Both the position numbers and the translations under genes were made by a program. Below, piece after piece: positions 9,289-19,011 of a stretch of DNA of 64,000 bases. The stretch is from a virus. Taxonomy: Duplodnaviria > Heunggongvirae > Uroviricota > Caudoviricetes. The DNA lies in IMG/VR virus record IMGVR_UViG_3300023210_000014, positions 50,797 through 114,796 of that record; one strand, written 5' to 3'. The notes beneath the pieces are model-generated. The model made no database searches and was not told where the DNA came from. It saw only the letters and a program-made list of their open reading frames with translations. Each line of letters starts with the position of its first letter. Position 1 is the first letter of the stretch.

Positions 9289-10092
9289 ATGGATATGAAA
9301 GCACTGGCCGCAAGACTCGGAAAACTACAAGACAAAGGTTCTAAAGGAAGTTGGTTCAAACCCAACGAAGAAGATCAACAAGTTCGAATTCTCCCTTACC
9401 CACATGCAGACGGACAAATGAGTTTCATCGAAGTGTTTTTCCACTATGATGTTGCAGGACACCGTTCTATTTGTTGCCCAGAAAAAACACCTGGCATCGA
9501 AGGAAGCTGTCCAATCTGTAAACTTGCAGATGAGTTTAAGAATATGGGCGGAAAAGACAACTGGTATATTTTCAGAGCATTAGAAGCTAAACTTCGTACG
9601 TATTCTCCAGTTATTGTGAGAGGCAAAGAAGCCGAAGGCGTTAAGCTTTGGGGATATGGTAAAACCATTTATGAAAGCCTTATGGAAACGTGTATCGAAG
9701 AGGGTGACATCACTTCAATTGATGAAGGCCACGATTTGACTGTAAAGCAAATCCCTGCCGGAGCACCGGGAAACGATTCAACATATCCAAAACCTGTTTG
9801 CAATGTAAAGTTCAAACCTTCTTCTGCTTTCAAAACGAAAAAAGAAGCAAAGGACACTGTTGCAACAATTCCCAATTATCTTCAAGATGAAAACATTTTC
9901 AAGTTCTTGGATTACGCAGCACTTTGCGACGTAGTTGAAAAACTTAATAATGAAGGAACCACTACAGAAGAAACTGATTACTCAGCTCTTCCAAGTGATG
10001 AAAATCTTACCTTTGGGAAAGACGACACCCCTGCAGCTCCAGTAGCTAGCAACGATAACTTAGAAGCTGAACTCGACGATCTTTTAAGTTAG
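9289..10092 (+). CDS. single-stranded DNA-binding protein, T4 gp32-like
   Basis: Start at the ATG with AAGGAG 8 nt upstream. Basic N-terminal segment. His/Cys cluster HRSICC...CPIC resembles the gp32 Zn site. LWGYGKTIYESL resembles the gp32 core. Strongly acidic C-terminus (EAELDDLLS), as in gp32. Confidence 0.7.
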   Translation: MDMKALAARLGKLQDKGSKGSWFKPNEEDQQVRILPYPHADGQMSFIEVFFHYDVAGHRSICCPEKTPGIEGSCPICKLADEFKNMGGKDNWYIFRALEAKLRTYSPVIVRGKEAEGVKLWGYGKTIYESLMETCIEEGDITSIDEGHDLTVKQIPAGAPGNDSTYPKPVCNVKFKPSSAFKTKKEAKDTVATIPNYLQDENIFKFLDYAALCDVVEKLNNEGTTTEETDYSALPSDENLTFGKDDTPAAPVASNDNLEAELDDLLS

Positions 10093-10101
10093 GGGTAAAA
10101 A

Positions 10102-10452
10102 ATGACTATCAAGAATATTTCGACGATTCGGGGAACTGGATTTAAGAATCTCGATGGGTCATTGGTTACTATTATGGAACAAAGGGACGATGGCACAGTA
10201 GCTGTCGTCCCTTTCGGACATACTGATTTTAAACCAATCATCATTGATTCCCGTTGTATTCAACAGATTGACGACCGCGAAACTTACTCGTACACTTTCA
10301 AAATTTCTAAACACAAATATTCAAAAGATAATTCCTCCGTTGAGGTTGAATCGAATACTGTAGAAATTCCAAAGGCTTTACGTGATGTTCCAGTTGCAAC
10401 AATTATTGAATACCTTACCAACCACCTTCAACCGCTATTAAAGCTCGAATAG
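10102..10452 (+). CDS. hypothetical protein (116 aa)
   Basis: ORF with a ribosome-binding site (AGGGGTAAAAAATG). Confidence 0.4.
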   Translation: MTIKNISTIRGTGFKNLDGSLVTIMEQRDDGTVAVVPFGHTDFKPIIIDSRCIQQIDDRETYSYTFKISKHKYSKDNSSVEVESNTVEIPKALRDVPVATIIEYLTNHLQPLLKLE

Positions 10453-10459
10453 GTTTAAT

Positions 10460-11584
10460 ATGGCAAAAAAAATTAATTTTGAAGACGAAATGATAGATTC
10501 GTTAGTTTCATCATTCACTAAGAAGTCTTCAAATGCTACCGCCGGCTACGTCTGGCAATCATCAGCAAATATCAAACAATATATTTCTACTGGAAATCCA
10601 ATTCTCGATATGATTTTATCAAACAAGAGAAATGGCGGATGGCCTGTAGGTAGGCTTTCTGAAATTGCGGGCGGTGAAGGAGCGGGTAAATCTTTACTTG
10701 CTGCTTACGCACTCAAGAACACTCAGGAAATGGATGGCGTTGCTATTCTCATCGACACTGAACATGCTGCTTCAATGGAAGTTTTAGAAGAAGTTGGCGT
10801 TGATGTTAAAAAATTAGTATATCTCCAAATTGGAACAGTTGAAGATGTTTTTGCAGCAATGGAAACTATTGTTGGAAAAGTAAGTTCAGCTGGACGAAAG
10901 AAAGATACACCAATTACGATCGTTTGGGATTCAGTTGCTGCCACATCAACAAAAGCTGAAGTAGAAGGAAACTACGAACAGCAAACAATTGCAATGGCTG
11001 CTAGGATAATCTCAAAAGGACTTAGAAAATATATTCCAATTTGTTCAGTTCATAATGTATGCTTGATTTTCACGAATCAATTAAGAGCAAACATTGGAAC
11101 ATTTGGACACGGTGATAAAACGACTACACCAGGTGGAGCGGCAATACCATTCCATGCCAGTATTCGTTTACGTCTTTCTCATTACAAGAAAATTTCAGAC
11201 CCAAAAACAAAAGACATGATGGGCCGTGAAATTAAATGTGAAGTGAAGAAAAACAAGATCGCTCCTCCAATGAGAACAACATATCACACTATTCGTTGGG
11301 GTGAACGTCCCGGTGCATGGTTTGATATTCCGTCAACTCTTTGGGAAGCAGGAATTACATCTGGTGTTTTCAAAAAAGTAACTGCTATGAAGCAGAGTTT
11401 TGAAACTGCAGATGGAAAAACTGTTGAATTCACAAAGAAGTCTTTCGCCGACTTAATCGAAGATAAAAATTTCTACGAAGAGCTAATTGATGCTCTGGCT
11501 GGATTTTATATTATCACACCTAAAAATGCACCAACAATGGAAGACGCGATCAAAGAAGACGTGGATTCCATAGAAGGAGAGTGA
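10460..11584 (+). CDS. RecA/UvsX-family recombinase
   Basis: 374 aa. Walker A is GGEGAGKSLLA. A RecA-like core (IDTEHA..., VWDSVAAT) is present. The position next to the helicase and RNase H genes is as in T4-like replication modules. Confidence 0.75.
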   Translation: MAKKINFEDEMIDSLVSSFTKKSSNATAGYVWQSSANIKQYISTGNPILDMILSNKRNGGWPVGRLSEIAGGEGAGKSLLAAYALKNTQEMDGVAILIDTEHAASMEVLEEVGVDVKKLVYLQIGTVEDVFAAMETIVGKVSSAGRKKDTPITIVWDSVAATSTKAEVEGNYEQQTIAMAARIISKGLRKYIPICSVHNVCLIFTNQLRANIGTFGHGDKTTTPGGAAIPFHASIRLRLSHYKKISDPKTKDMMGREIKCEVKKNKIAPPMRTTYHTIRWGERPGAWFDIPSTLWEAGITSGVFKKVTAMKQSFETADGKTVEFTKKSFADLIEDKNFYEELIDALAGFYIITPKNAPTMEDAIKEDVDSIEGE

Positions 11585-11632
11585 TTCCTACTATTGGGTC
11601 GGGATATGTATTATTGAACGAAGGGAAATTCA

Positions 11633-12223
11633 ATGATAGTATACAAGACAACAAATTTAGTGAATGGTAAGATTTATGTTGGTCAAACCAAAAGAGATGA
11701 CAAAAATTATATGGGTTCAGGGGTAAGACTACAATATGCCATTAAAAAATATGGTAAAGAGAATTTTATTCGAGAAACTCTAGAAGTCTGCAAAGACATA
11801 ATCTCATTAAATGATTCTGAAATATATTGGATAAAACTTTTAGACGCAAGGAATCCCAATGTTGGATATAATTTTTTATCTGGAGGTCAAAATGGCAATA
11901 CAAGATCAACAGGTCCCCGAAAGCCAATGAGTGAAGAACAGAAACAACAGATTAGTAACACTTTGAAGGGAAGGAAACTGAGTGCTGAAACTCGTAAAAA
12001 TATGAGTGAGGCATTAAAACTTACATGGAAAGATGGAACTAGATCAAGAGAGCATATACAATCCTTAGGTGGCAGTAAATCTGGATGGAAACATACTGAG
12101 GAAGCTAAGAAAAAAATTGGTGATGCAAATCGAAATCGAAGCCATAAATCTGGATGGAAACATACTGATGAAGCTAAGAAAAAAATTGGTGATGCCAATC
12201 GAAAACCAAAAAATAAACCCTAA
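11633..12223 (+). CDS. GIY-YIG homing endonuclease with NUMOD3 repeats
   Basis: N-terminal IVYKTTN...GKIYVGQT (GIY-YIG), a conserved Arg/Glu region (ENFIRETLE), then repeated GxKxSEEtKxKxS NUMOD3-type motifs. Free-standing between recA-like and rnh genes. Confidence 0.8.
   Translation: MIVYKTTNLVNGKIYVGQTKRDDKNYMGSGVRLQYAIKKYGKENFIRETLEVCKDIISLNDSEIYWIKLLDARNPNVGYNFLSGGQNGNTRSTGPRKPMSEEQKQQISNTLKGRKLSAETRKNMSEALKLTWKDGTRSREHIQSLGGSKSGWKHTEEAKKKIGDANRNRSHKSGWKHTDEAKKKIGDANRKPKNKP
12077..12204 (+). repeat. tandem direct duplication (2 x about 59 bp, period 69 bp) inside the GIY-YIG gene
   Basis: 12077-12135 and 12146-12204 differ at 2 of 59 positions. They encode a duplicated SGWKHT(E/D)EAKKKIGDANR NUMOD3-like segment. 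Confidence 0.85.
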
Positions 12224-12238
12224 TGAAAGAATAATAAC

Positions 12239-12454
12239 ATGAACAAACCACACAACTTTTTAATCACCCTGAAAATGGATGGAAAAATTATCGCCACTCG
12301 CAACACGGAAGTTGTGGAGTACAATGATAACGTAATCTATTCTCTTCGCCTGAATCAGTTGATGACTGAAATGGGCGAATTAATTACTGAAGCAATGAAG
12401 GATAAGAGTATCAATGATGCTCAGAGACAATTGGCCCGCGGGTGGTATCGCTAA
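12239..12454 (+). CDS. hypothetical protein (71 aa)
   Basis: Small ORF whose stop overlaps the next start (TAATG). Confidence 0.4.
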   Translation: MNKPHNFLITLKMDGKIIATRNTEVVEYNDNVIYSLRLNQLMTEMGELITEAMKDKSINDAQRQLARGWYR

Positions 12455-13464
12455 TGAAACGTAGGATCTTACTGGTTGATTTCTACAATCTTTTCATAAG
12501 GAACTTTCAAGCAGTTAGTTTGACAAATGAAAATGGCGAGCATGCAGGCGCCGTGGTTGGATCTTTGAGAAGTTTAAAATCCATCATCACAAAAATCAAT
12601 CCAACTGACGTATATGTACTTTCTGATGGGCCTAATTCGGCCCTCAGAAGGAAAATGATGCTCAAGGAATACAAAGGCAATCGTAAGAAGGAATGGAAAA
12701 AAGGTGCATGTCGTGCATATGATTTTCTAAATGAACAGGAACAAAAAGATAACTGGTCAATGCAGAAACAAAGGGTGTTTGATTACTTGGATAATCTTCC
12801 AATTAAATTCATGGACATCCCTTATGTTGAAGCAGATGATATCATTGCAGAAATTGCGAATACAAAAGCAAATGAAAATACTCAAATGTTCATATATTCC
12901 AGTGATGCAGATTATCATCAATTGATCGATCCTAATATCGTCTGTTTTAATCCAATCACTAAAAAATTATGGACTGAAGATACCTTTTTTGATAAACATG
13001 GGATGATTCCCGATAACTATATTTACCTCAAAACAATACAGGGAGATGCAAGTGACAACGTTATAGGCATCAAAGGTATTGGAGCTAAAACGTTTATGAA
13101 AATGTTTCCTGAACTAGCGGAAACAAAGATCGAGAATCTTGATGAGTTATTTGATCTCTGTCAGCATGCAGTTGACAGCAAAGCCAAAAAACACACGCCC
13201 AGTACAATCAAAAAGTTTGAATCTATTTTGGAATCAAAAGAACAATTGCGGATAAATTATAATGTCATGCAATTGAGCGAAGTGGATATCAGTCAACAAT
13301 CTCGGGATCTCATATCAAATCTTTGGGATCGAGATATAAATAAATTTAACAAAATGCAACTCAAACGCATGTTCTATGAAGATGGGTTTCATTCACTTAA
13401 TCGACAGTTTTTAGACTGGTCGAAGGTCTTTATGAAGATCGCACTATATGGGAGTAAGAAATGA
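12454..13464 (+). CDS. 5'-3' exonuclease / flap endonuclease (T4 RNase H-like)
   Basis: ATG at 12454. PIN-like N-terminus with acidic clusters (LLVDFYNLF..., VYVLSDGP, PYVEADDIIAEIA). H3TH motif GIKGIGAKTFMK. Confidence 0.8.
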   Translation: MKRRILLVDFYNLFIRNFQAVSLTNENGEHAGAVVGSLRSLKSIITKINPTDVYVLSDGPNSALRRKMMLKEYKGNRKKEWKKGACRAYDFLNEQEQKDNWSMQKQRVFDYLDNLPIKFMDIPYVEADDIIAEIANTKANENTQMFIYSSDADYHQLIDPNIVCFNPITKKLWTEDTFFDKHGMIPDNYIYLKTIQGDASDNVIGIKGIGAKTFMKMFPELAETKIENLDELFDLCQHAVDSKAKKHTPSTIKKFESILESKEQLRINYNVMQLSEVDISQQSRDLISNLWDRDINKFNKMQLKRMFYEDGFHSLNRQFLDWSKVFMKIALYGSKK

Positions 13465-14315
13465 ACAGCAAACAATTTAAAATCGGAGTAGCAATAATTG
13501 CTATAATCACAGCAGGAATTATCATGGCGATAGTTCAACCTGTTTCACCAGTATTGGCCGGAACGCCAGTTCAAGGTGAATTTGGGGTTATGGGAAATTT
13601 TGACTTCAATGGAGATAATGAGGATATTTTTATCCAACATTTAGGATTGAGTATGGATGCCGACAACGCGTTTGTTTCAATTATAATGGATAGGACTGAA
13701 GAATTCGAATTGGATGAAGCCTATGTGAAAACAATGTGGCAAGATATAGAATGGCAACTTGGAAAAGTGTATGTACCTTTTGGATTCAAAGACTTAGATA
13801 ATCCAATGAAGTCGGTTTTTATTGTCCAACCTCGGACTGATTATCTCGATTATGGTTTACATTTGGCAACCAAATATGATATAATGAACCTTCAAGGAAC
13901 ATATATTGATTCCGATAATTATAGTTTACAAGGCTCACTCAAGTTATTCGATGGCGGAGAAATCATTTCGGTCAGTTATGCGGATAGCGAGCAATTGATG
14001 ACTTGGTCAATTAACAATGAATTCTATTATCAATCACTATTATTTAACTTCTCAAATGTAATTGAGTATACACCTGAAAATGGAAATATCTGGACACGAA
14101 GTGTAATTGCTCCTGGAATTCTAGATGTTGTCGGTTTGACGGTAGGTTACTATGATATTGATTCAACGGATTTAACCCTTTGGGATTACGATATGGACCA
14201 AGCATTTACTTATGGGTTCTATTTTGATATTGGCGAACAGGCAACTGTGTCAACGGAATGGAAAACTGGAAAATCAATTAATATGCCAACAATTAAAATC
14301 ACCTCTACCTTTTAG
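13461..14315 (+). CDS. membrane-anchored hypothetical protein (284 aa)
   Basis: N-terminal transmembrane helix (IGVAIIAIITAGIIMAIV). The rest is Asp/Tyr-rich. Confidence 0.45.
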   Translation: MNSKQFKIGVAIIAIITAGIIMAIVQPVSPVLAGTPVQGEFGVMGNFDFNGDNEDIFIQHLGLSMDADNAFVSIIMDRTEEFELDEAYVKTMWQDIEWQLGKVYVPFGFKDLDNPMKSVFIVQPRTDYLDYGLHLATKYDIMNLQGTYIDSDNYSLQGSLKLFDGGEIISVSYADSEQLMTWSINNEFYYQSLLFNFSNVIEYTPENGNIWTRSVIAPGILDVVGLTVGYYDIDSTDLTLWDYDMDQAFTYGFYFDIGEQATVSTEWKTGKSINMPTIKITSTF

Positions 14316-14324
14316 GAGGAACAG

Positions 14325-15746
14325 ATGACCTCATTTGAAAAGTTCGGTCAGAACTTTCAGTCAAAAATTTTACACCATTTGGTTACAGATTCGGAATTTG
14401 CTCTGCAGATTATTGAAATTTTAAAACCAGAATTTTTCAGTCATGAGACCCATCAAACGATTTATAGAATTGTCCTATCGTGGAATAGAAAATATGAATC
14501 TCTTCCCTCATTCGATAATATAAGAACGCTGGTGATGAAGTTGTATAAAGACGATGACATCACCAGCGAATTTATGGAAAATTTTGTAAATGAATTAGAG
14601 TTCAAAACTCAGACGATGGATAAAGCTCATGTGATTGATGAAGCAGTAGAGTTTTGCAAACAGCAGGCATTTAAAAATGCTATTCTAACTTCGGTTGACT
14701 TATTGAAGAATGAAAAATACGATGACATTTATGCAATCATTCAAGGTGCTACTTCAGCAGGAATAAAAAAAGATATTGGCCATGATTATTTCACTGACGT
14801 TAATAAGCGATTGATGGAACAACGTTTCCCCGTCCCAACCGGATGGCGGATGATGGATATGGAAATCGCAGGAGGATTAGCCGCAGGTGAATTGGGTTTG
14901 ATTCTTGCCGGAACAGGTGTTGGTAAATCAATGATTCTTGCTCACTTTGCTGCAGAAGCATTCAAAGCGGGTAAGAATGTTTTGTATTACACTTTAGAGT
15001 TATCAGAGAAAATGGTTGGGTTGAGGCTGGATGCAAAACTTGCAGGAATTCCTCTTACCAATTTATTGACTGATACTGGCGGTGCACTTCGAAATAGGGT
15101 AACAAACGAATTAAACAAAATCAAAAAGAAACACCCACATAATCCTCGATTGATAATCAAGGAATACCCAACGAAGACGGCATCAATTCAAACAATTAAG
15201 AATCACATTTTAACATTACAAAATGACGGCTTCAAACCGGATATAATTCTTGTTGATTATGCAGATCTGCTCAAGGCAACAGATCGTTACAGTGACAAAC
15301 GATTTGAACTTGAAAGCAATACTGAACAGTTGAGAGGGTTGGCGGGAATCTATCAGGTTCCAGTTTGGTCGGCTTCTCAAACAAATAGAGATGGACTCGA
15401 TTCGTCCATCAATGGTCTGAAAACTATTTCTGAATCTCTTGGAAAAGCAATGGTTGCGGATCTGATTATATCAATTGGACGTTCTCAGAGATTAATTGAC
15501 GAGGAACGTGCATGTTATTATTTAGTAAAATCACGACTGGGAAGAGACAAAGTTGTCTTCTCCGGTCCATTCAACACTTCCCTTTTGAATTTTGATATTG
15601 ATGAAGAGGGTTATGATGAAGATGAACGGGGTGCAGATCGTAGAGACAATATGAACCGAGCAGTTAACAATGTTCTTAGTAATCCCGCAAACAATAATCT
15701 GAACGAGGTAATACGAAATCTCGATCTAGGCATAGGAGAAGACTAA
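14325..15746 (+). CDS. DnaB-family replicative helicase (T4 gp41-like)
   Basis: 473 aa. Walker A is GLILAGTGVGKSMILAHFA, Walker B is ILVDYADLL. DnaB-type N-terminal domain. AGGAGGA ribosome-binding site. Confidence 0.8.
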   Translation: MTSFEKFGQNFQSKILHHLVTDSEFALQIIEILKPEFFSHETHQTIYRIVLSWNRKYESLPSFDNIRTLVMKLYKDDDITSEFMENFVNELEFKTQTMDKAHVIDEAVEFCKQQAFKNAILTSVDLLKNEKYDDIYAIIQGATSAGIKKDIGHDYFTDVNKRLMEQRFPVPTGWRMMDMEIAGGLAAGELGLILAGTGVGKSMILAHFAAEAFKAGKNVLYYTLELSEKMVGLRLDAKLAGIPLTNLLTDTGGALRNRVTNELNKIKKKHPHNPRLIIKEYPTKTASIQTIKNHILTLQNDGFKPDIILVDYADLLKATDRYSDKRFELESNTEQLRGLAGIYQVPVWSASQTNRDGLDSSINGLKTISESLGKAMVADLIISIGRSQRLIDEERACYYLVKSRLGRDKVVFSGPFNTSLLNFDIDEEGYDEDERGADRRDNMNRAVNNVLSNPANNNLNEVIRNLDLGIGED

Positions 15747-17609
15747 ATGGAGACTAATCTTTCGAGCGATATTTTATCAGACATAACAGTCCACATGAAA
15801 TACGCAAAATATGATGAAAAGAAAAAGAGGAGAGAAACATGGCAGGAACTTGTAACCCGCAACCGAAAAATGCACCTCAAAAAATTTCCAGAACTAAAAG
15901 ACGATATTAATTGGGCATATCAATTTGTCTTTGATAAAAAGGTTGTTCCATCAATGCGGTCAATGCAGTTTGCTGGAAAGCCAATTGAAATAAGCCCTAA
16001 TCGGATTTACAATTGTGCATATACCCCAATGGACGACTGGCGAGCATTTCACGAGATTATGTTTCTATTACTTGGTGGGAGCGGCGTTGGCATCAGTGTT
16101 CAGCAACATCACATTGAAAAATTGCCAGAGATCACACATCCGAATTATAAGCGCAATCGTCGATTTTTAATTGGTGATTCAATTGAGGGTTGGGGTGATG
16201 CAATTAAGGTATTGATGAAATCATACTTCTATGGTGGTAGCAACATCCAATTTGACTTCTCAGATATTAGACCAAAGGGAGCACGTTTAGTGACGTCCGG
16301 TGGTAAAGCCCCTGGTCCCCAACCGCTAAAGGAATGCCTGTTGAAGATCAAGGGTATTTTACAACACAAGGATAATGGCGAGCAACTTACGTCTTTGGAA
16401 GTTCACGATATTACATGCTATATTGCTGACGCAGTTTTAGCAGGTGGAATTCGTAGAGCAGCTTTAATCTCATTCTTCTCGGCAAAAGATGGCGACATGC
16501 TTTCTTGTAAAGCTGGCCAATGGTGGGAAGCAAATCCACAACGAGGCCGTGCAAACAATTCCGTCGTTCTTATGCGATCAAAAATTACCAAAGACGTGTT
16601 TATGGAATTAGGAGAACGTATTGAGGCTAGTCAAGCAGGCGAACCCGGTTTTATCTTTACAAATGACAAAGAAATTCTTGGCAATCCCTGTAATGAAATC
16701 GCCCTTCGAAATAATCAAATGTGTAATCTAACTGAAATGAATGTTTCCGATATTGTTGATCAGCAAGACCTTGAAGACCGAGCTCGAGCAGCATCAATAT
16801 TAGGAACGCTCCAAACAACATATACTGATTTTCATTATCTTCGTCCAGTGTGGCAACGCAATACTGAACGTGATGCTCTTCTTGGAGTTTCAATGACTGG
16901 AATTGGTTCGGGTAGAATTTTCCATTATGATGTTAAGGCTGCAGCAAAAATTGTGAAAGCAACTAATATTGAATTTGCAGAAAAAGTTGGAGTCAAACCA
17001 GCAGCAAGACTAACATGTGTTAAGCCATCAGGAACAAGTTCATTGGTTTTAAAAACATCATCTGGAATTCATGCTTGGTTTGCTAAATGGTATATCCGTA
17101 GAATGAGAGTTGCAAAGAATGAAGCAATCTACCAACACCTTATTAAACATCACCCTGAATTGGTTGAGGATGAATTCTTCAGTCCTCATGATACAGCCAT
17201 TATTACCGTTCCCCAAAAAGCTCCCGACGGAGCAATACTTCGATATGAATCGCCATACGACTTGCTCGCAAGAATCAAAAAAATAAATAACGATTGGATT
17301 AATCCGGGTCATAGAACTGGTGCAAACCATCACAATATTTCTGCAACTGTTTCTGTTCCTGAAGGGGAATGGAATGGTATTTTTGAATGGTTATGGGAAA
17401 ATAGAAATTGTTATAATGGAGTGTCGTTACTTCCTGAAGATGGCGGAACTTACGTTCAAGCTCCATTTGAAGAATGCACAGAAGAAAAATATAATGAATT
17501 GATGCAAGCTCTTACCAAGGTAGATCTTACGAAGGTTGTCGAAACAGAAGACAATACTGATCTCGGTGGTGAAATTGCTTGCTCAGCTGGAGCATGTGAA
17601 ATAGTATGA
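15747..17609 (+). CDS. ribonucleotide reductase, class II-like (B12-dependent type)
   Basis: 620 aa. Active-site loop GNPCNEIAL...CNLTE resembles the NPCGEI motif. C-terminal Cys pair (IACSAGACEIV) is as in class II enzymes. No separate small subunit is visible. Confidence 0.55.
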   Translation: METNLSSDILSDITVHMKYAKYDEKKKRRETWQELVTRNRKMHLKKFPELKDDINWAYQFVFDKKVVPSMRSMQFAGKPIEISPNRIYNCAYTPMDDWRAFHEIMFLLLGGSGVGISVQQHHIEKLPEITHPNYKRNRRFLIGDSIEGWGDAIKVLMKSYFYGGSNIQFDFSDIRPKGARLVTSGGKAPGPQPLKECLLKIKGILQHKDNGEQLTSLEVHDITCYIADAVLAGGIRRAALISFFSAKDGDMLSCKAGQWWEANPQRGRANNSVVLMRSKITKDVFMELGERIEASQAGEPGFIFTNDKEILGNPCNEIALRNNQMCNLTEMNVSDIVDQQDLEDRARAASILGTLQTTYTDFHYLRPVWQRNTERDALLGVSMTGIGSGRIFHYDVKAAAKIVKATNIEFAEKVGVKPAARLTCVKPSGTSSLVLKTSSGIHAWFAKWYIRRMRVAKNEAIYQHLIKHHPELVEDEFFSPHDTAIITVPQKAPDGAILRYESPYDLLARIKKINNDWINPGHRTGANHHNISATVSVPEGEWNGIFEWLWENRNCYNGVSLLPEDGGTYVQAPFEECTEEKYNELMQALTKVDLTKVVETEDNTDLGGEIACSAGACEIV

Positions 17610-17791
17610 AAGATGGCGAAATAATTAGCAGTCTATTGAGAAATCGACGTAGATTAATTCAAGAAGCAATAGAGAAGGAAATTGCAAAACACCCCGTAAT
17701 ACGTGTTTTTGATTCTGAATTGAAGCAAATTGATAGAATGTTACGGGATCTAAATAGTGACCACTTTGATGTAAATAATGGAGGCGAATGA
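17606..17791 (+). CDS. hypothetical protein (61 aa)
   Basis: ORF overlapping the neighbouring genes (ATGA). Confidence 0.35.
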   Translation: MKDGEIISSLLRNRRRLIQEAIEKEIAKHPVIRVFDSELKQIDRMLRDLNSDHFDVNNGGE

Positions 17792-18219
17792 TGCTTTGTA
17801 TAACAAAAGTTGAAGTGATGAATATTAAACATCCAACTTATGCTGAATTTATGCGTTGCAAAATGGAAGACCCATTGGCAATGAAGCCTGGTATCGAGGA
17901 ATATTTTGAATGGGAACGAGAAATGGTCAACGGTACAATCTTTATGAATGCAAAGGGTGAACGAATTTGTATTGGAGCTAGTAAAGAAGTTGAGGAAGCT
18001 CTGGGATTACCATTTGAGGTTTTCAAAGAGCAAGATAAGATAATCAATCAACAGAGAAAAACGATTGAAAGTTTACACAATTATCATCGAATGTGGTCAC
18101 ACATGTCACCATGGAATATGGTTAAGCATGCAACAAGACGATGGTGGGATTTAAAAAGGGGAATAGTGGAGCCGATTTGGCACAGGACATTTGGAAATTA
18201 TTATGTGATTGTGATATGA
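17788..18219 (+). CDS. hypothetical protein (143 aa)
   Basis: ORF, Trp/His-rich C-terminus. Confidence 0.4.
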   Translation: MMLCITKVEVMNIKHPTYAEFMRCKMEDPLAMKPGIEEYFEWEREMVNGTIFMNAKGERICIGASKEVEEALGLPFEVFKEQDKIINQQRKTIESLHNYHRMWSHMSPWNMVKHATRRWWDLKRGIVEPIWHRTFGNYYVIVI

Positions 18220-18340
18220 ATGGATTAACAGTTGATCATGCTTTAAAATTAGTAGATCTATTTGAGGATCATGATTGTGATGTTATGGAAGAATGTACCT
18301 TCGTTGAAAAGATGTTAATTTATGATGAAGACAAAAGAGA

Positions 18341-18559
18341 ATGGAGATCAAAATGAAGAAGCCAAATAAAAAAGCAGATAAAATCCGCCAACGTAAGTCG
18401 CTAAAAAGGGCTGCAGAGCGTAAACGTAAAGCAAAACAAATCCAAGAAGGGTTAAATGCCAAAAAGAATAATATTGAAATATTGAAACAACAGTCTTTTG
18501 ATCAATATTTATCTCTGATAAAGGAACAATATGAAGCGGAAAACAAAACGACCGGTTAG
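18341..18559 (+). CDS. small highly basic protein (72 aa)
   Basis: Lys/Arg-rich (KKPNKKADKIRQRKSLKRAAERKRKAKQ), which suggests nucleic-acid binding. Confidence 0.35.
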   Translation: MEIKMKKPNKKADKIRQRKSLKRAAERKRKAKQIQEGLNAKKNNIEILKQQSFDQYLSLIKEQYEAENKTTG

Positions 18560-19010
18560 ATATAAACATCCAGTTGCAAAAGGAATGTTAGTTCAGTCAA
18601 CCAATATGAATGATGCTCATGATACTGGAACAGTGTTAGAGTTCAATTATGGTAATAGACAGAAAAAAGGCCAAGTGGGTGGTTGGAAAAACGACCCTCG
18701 ACCCTCTCTTTTGATTTTTCATGATGACGGATCAAAATATCTTGAGGGTGTGAATCTCAATTATCTCTCGTATTATTACGTAAAGAAATTGCAAGCACTA
18801 TTGAAACGTTTTCCTGGTATCACCGGTGAAGAATTATATCTTGTGGTTAGCAAATCAGCTTCATATGCATTAAAAAAGGGATATAGAAAATATCTCAGAC
18901 CAAGTGTTAAGTCCCCTCATAAATTAGTTATGGGTGAAAGCATTGAACATCTTAGAGATGAGCTTGGACGATTCACTGGAGAATATAGAGTGATAGGAAT
19001 AAAGGAATAA
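18531..19010 (+). CDS. hypothetical protein (159 aa)
   Basis: ORF. No motifs recognised. Confidence 0.4.
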   Translation: MKRKTKRPVRYKHPVAKGMLVQSTNMNDAHDTGTVLEFNYGNRQKKGQVGGWKNDPRPSLLIFHDDGSKYLEGVNLNYLSYYYVKKLQALLKRFPGITGEELYLVVSKSASYALKKGYRKYLRPSVKSPHKLVMGESIEHLRDELGRFTGEYRVIGIKE

Positions 19011-19011
19011 T

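Noticed and set aside
12077-12204. Possible CRISPR-like or other direct-repeat array
   Set aside because: Only two copies. They lie in frame inside the GIY-YIG gene and encode a duplicated protein motif. No spacer/repeat architecture is present anywhere in the window.
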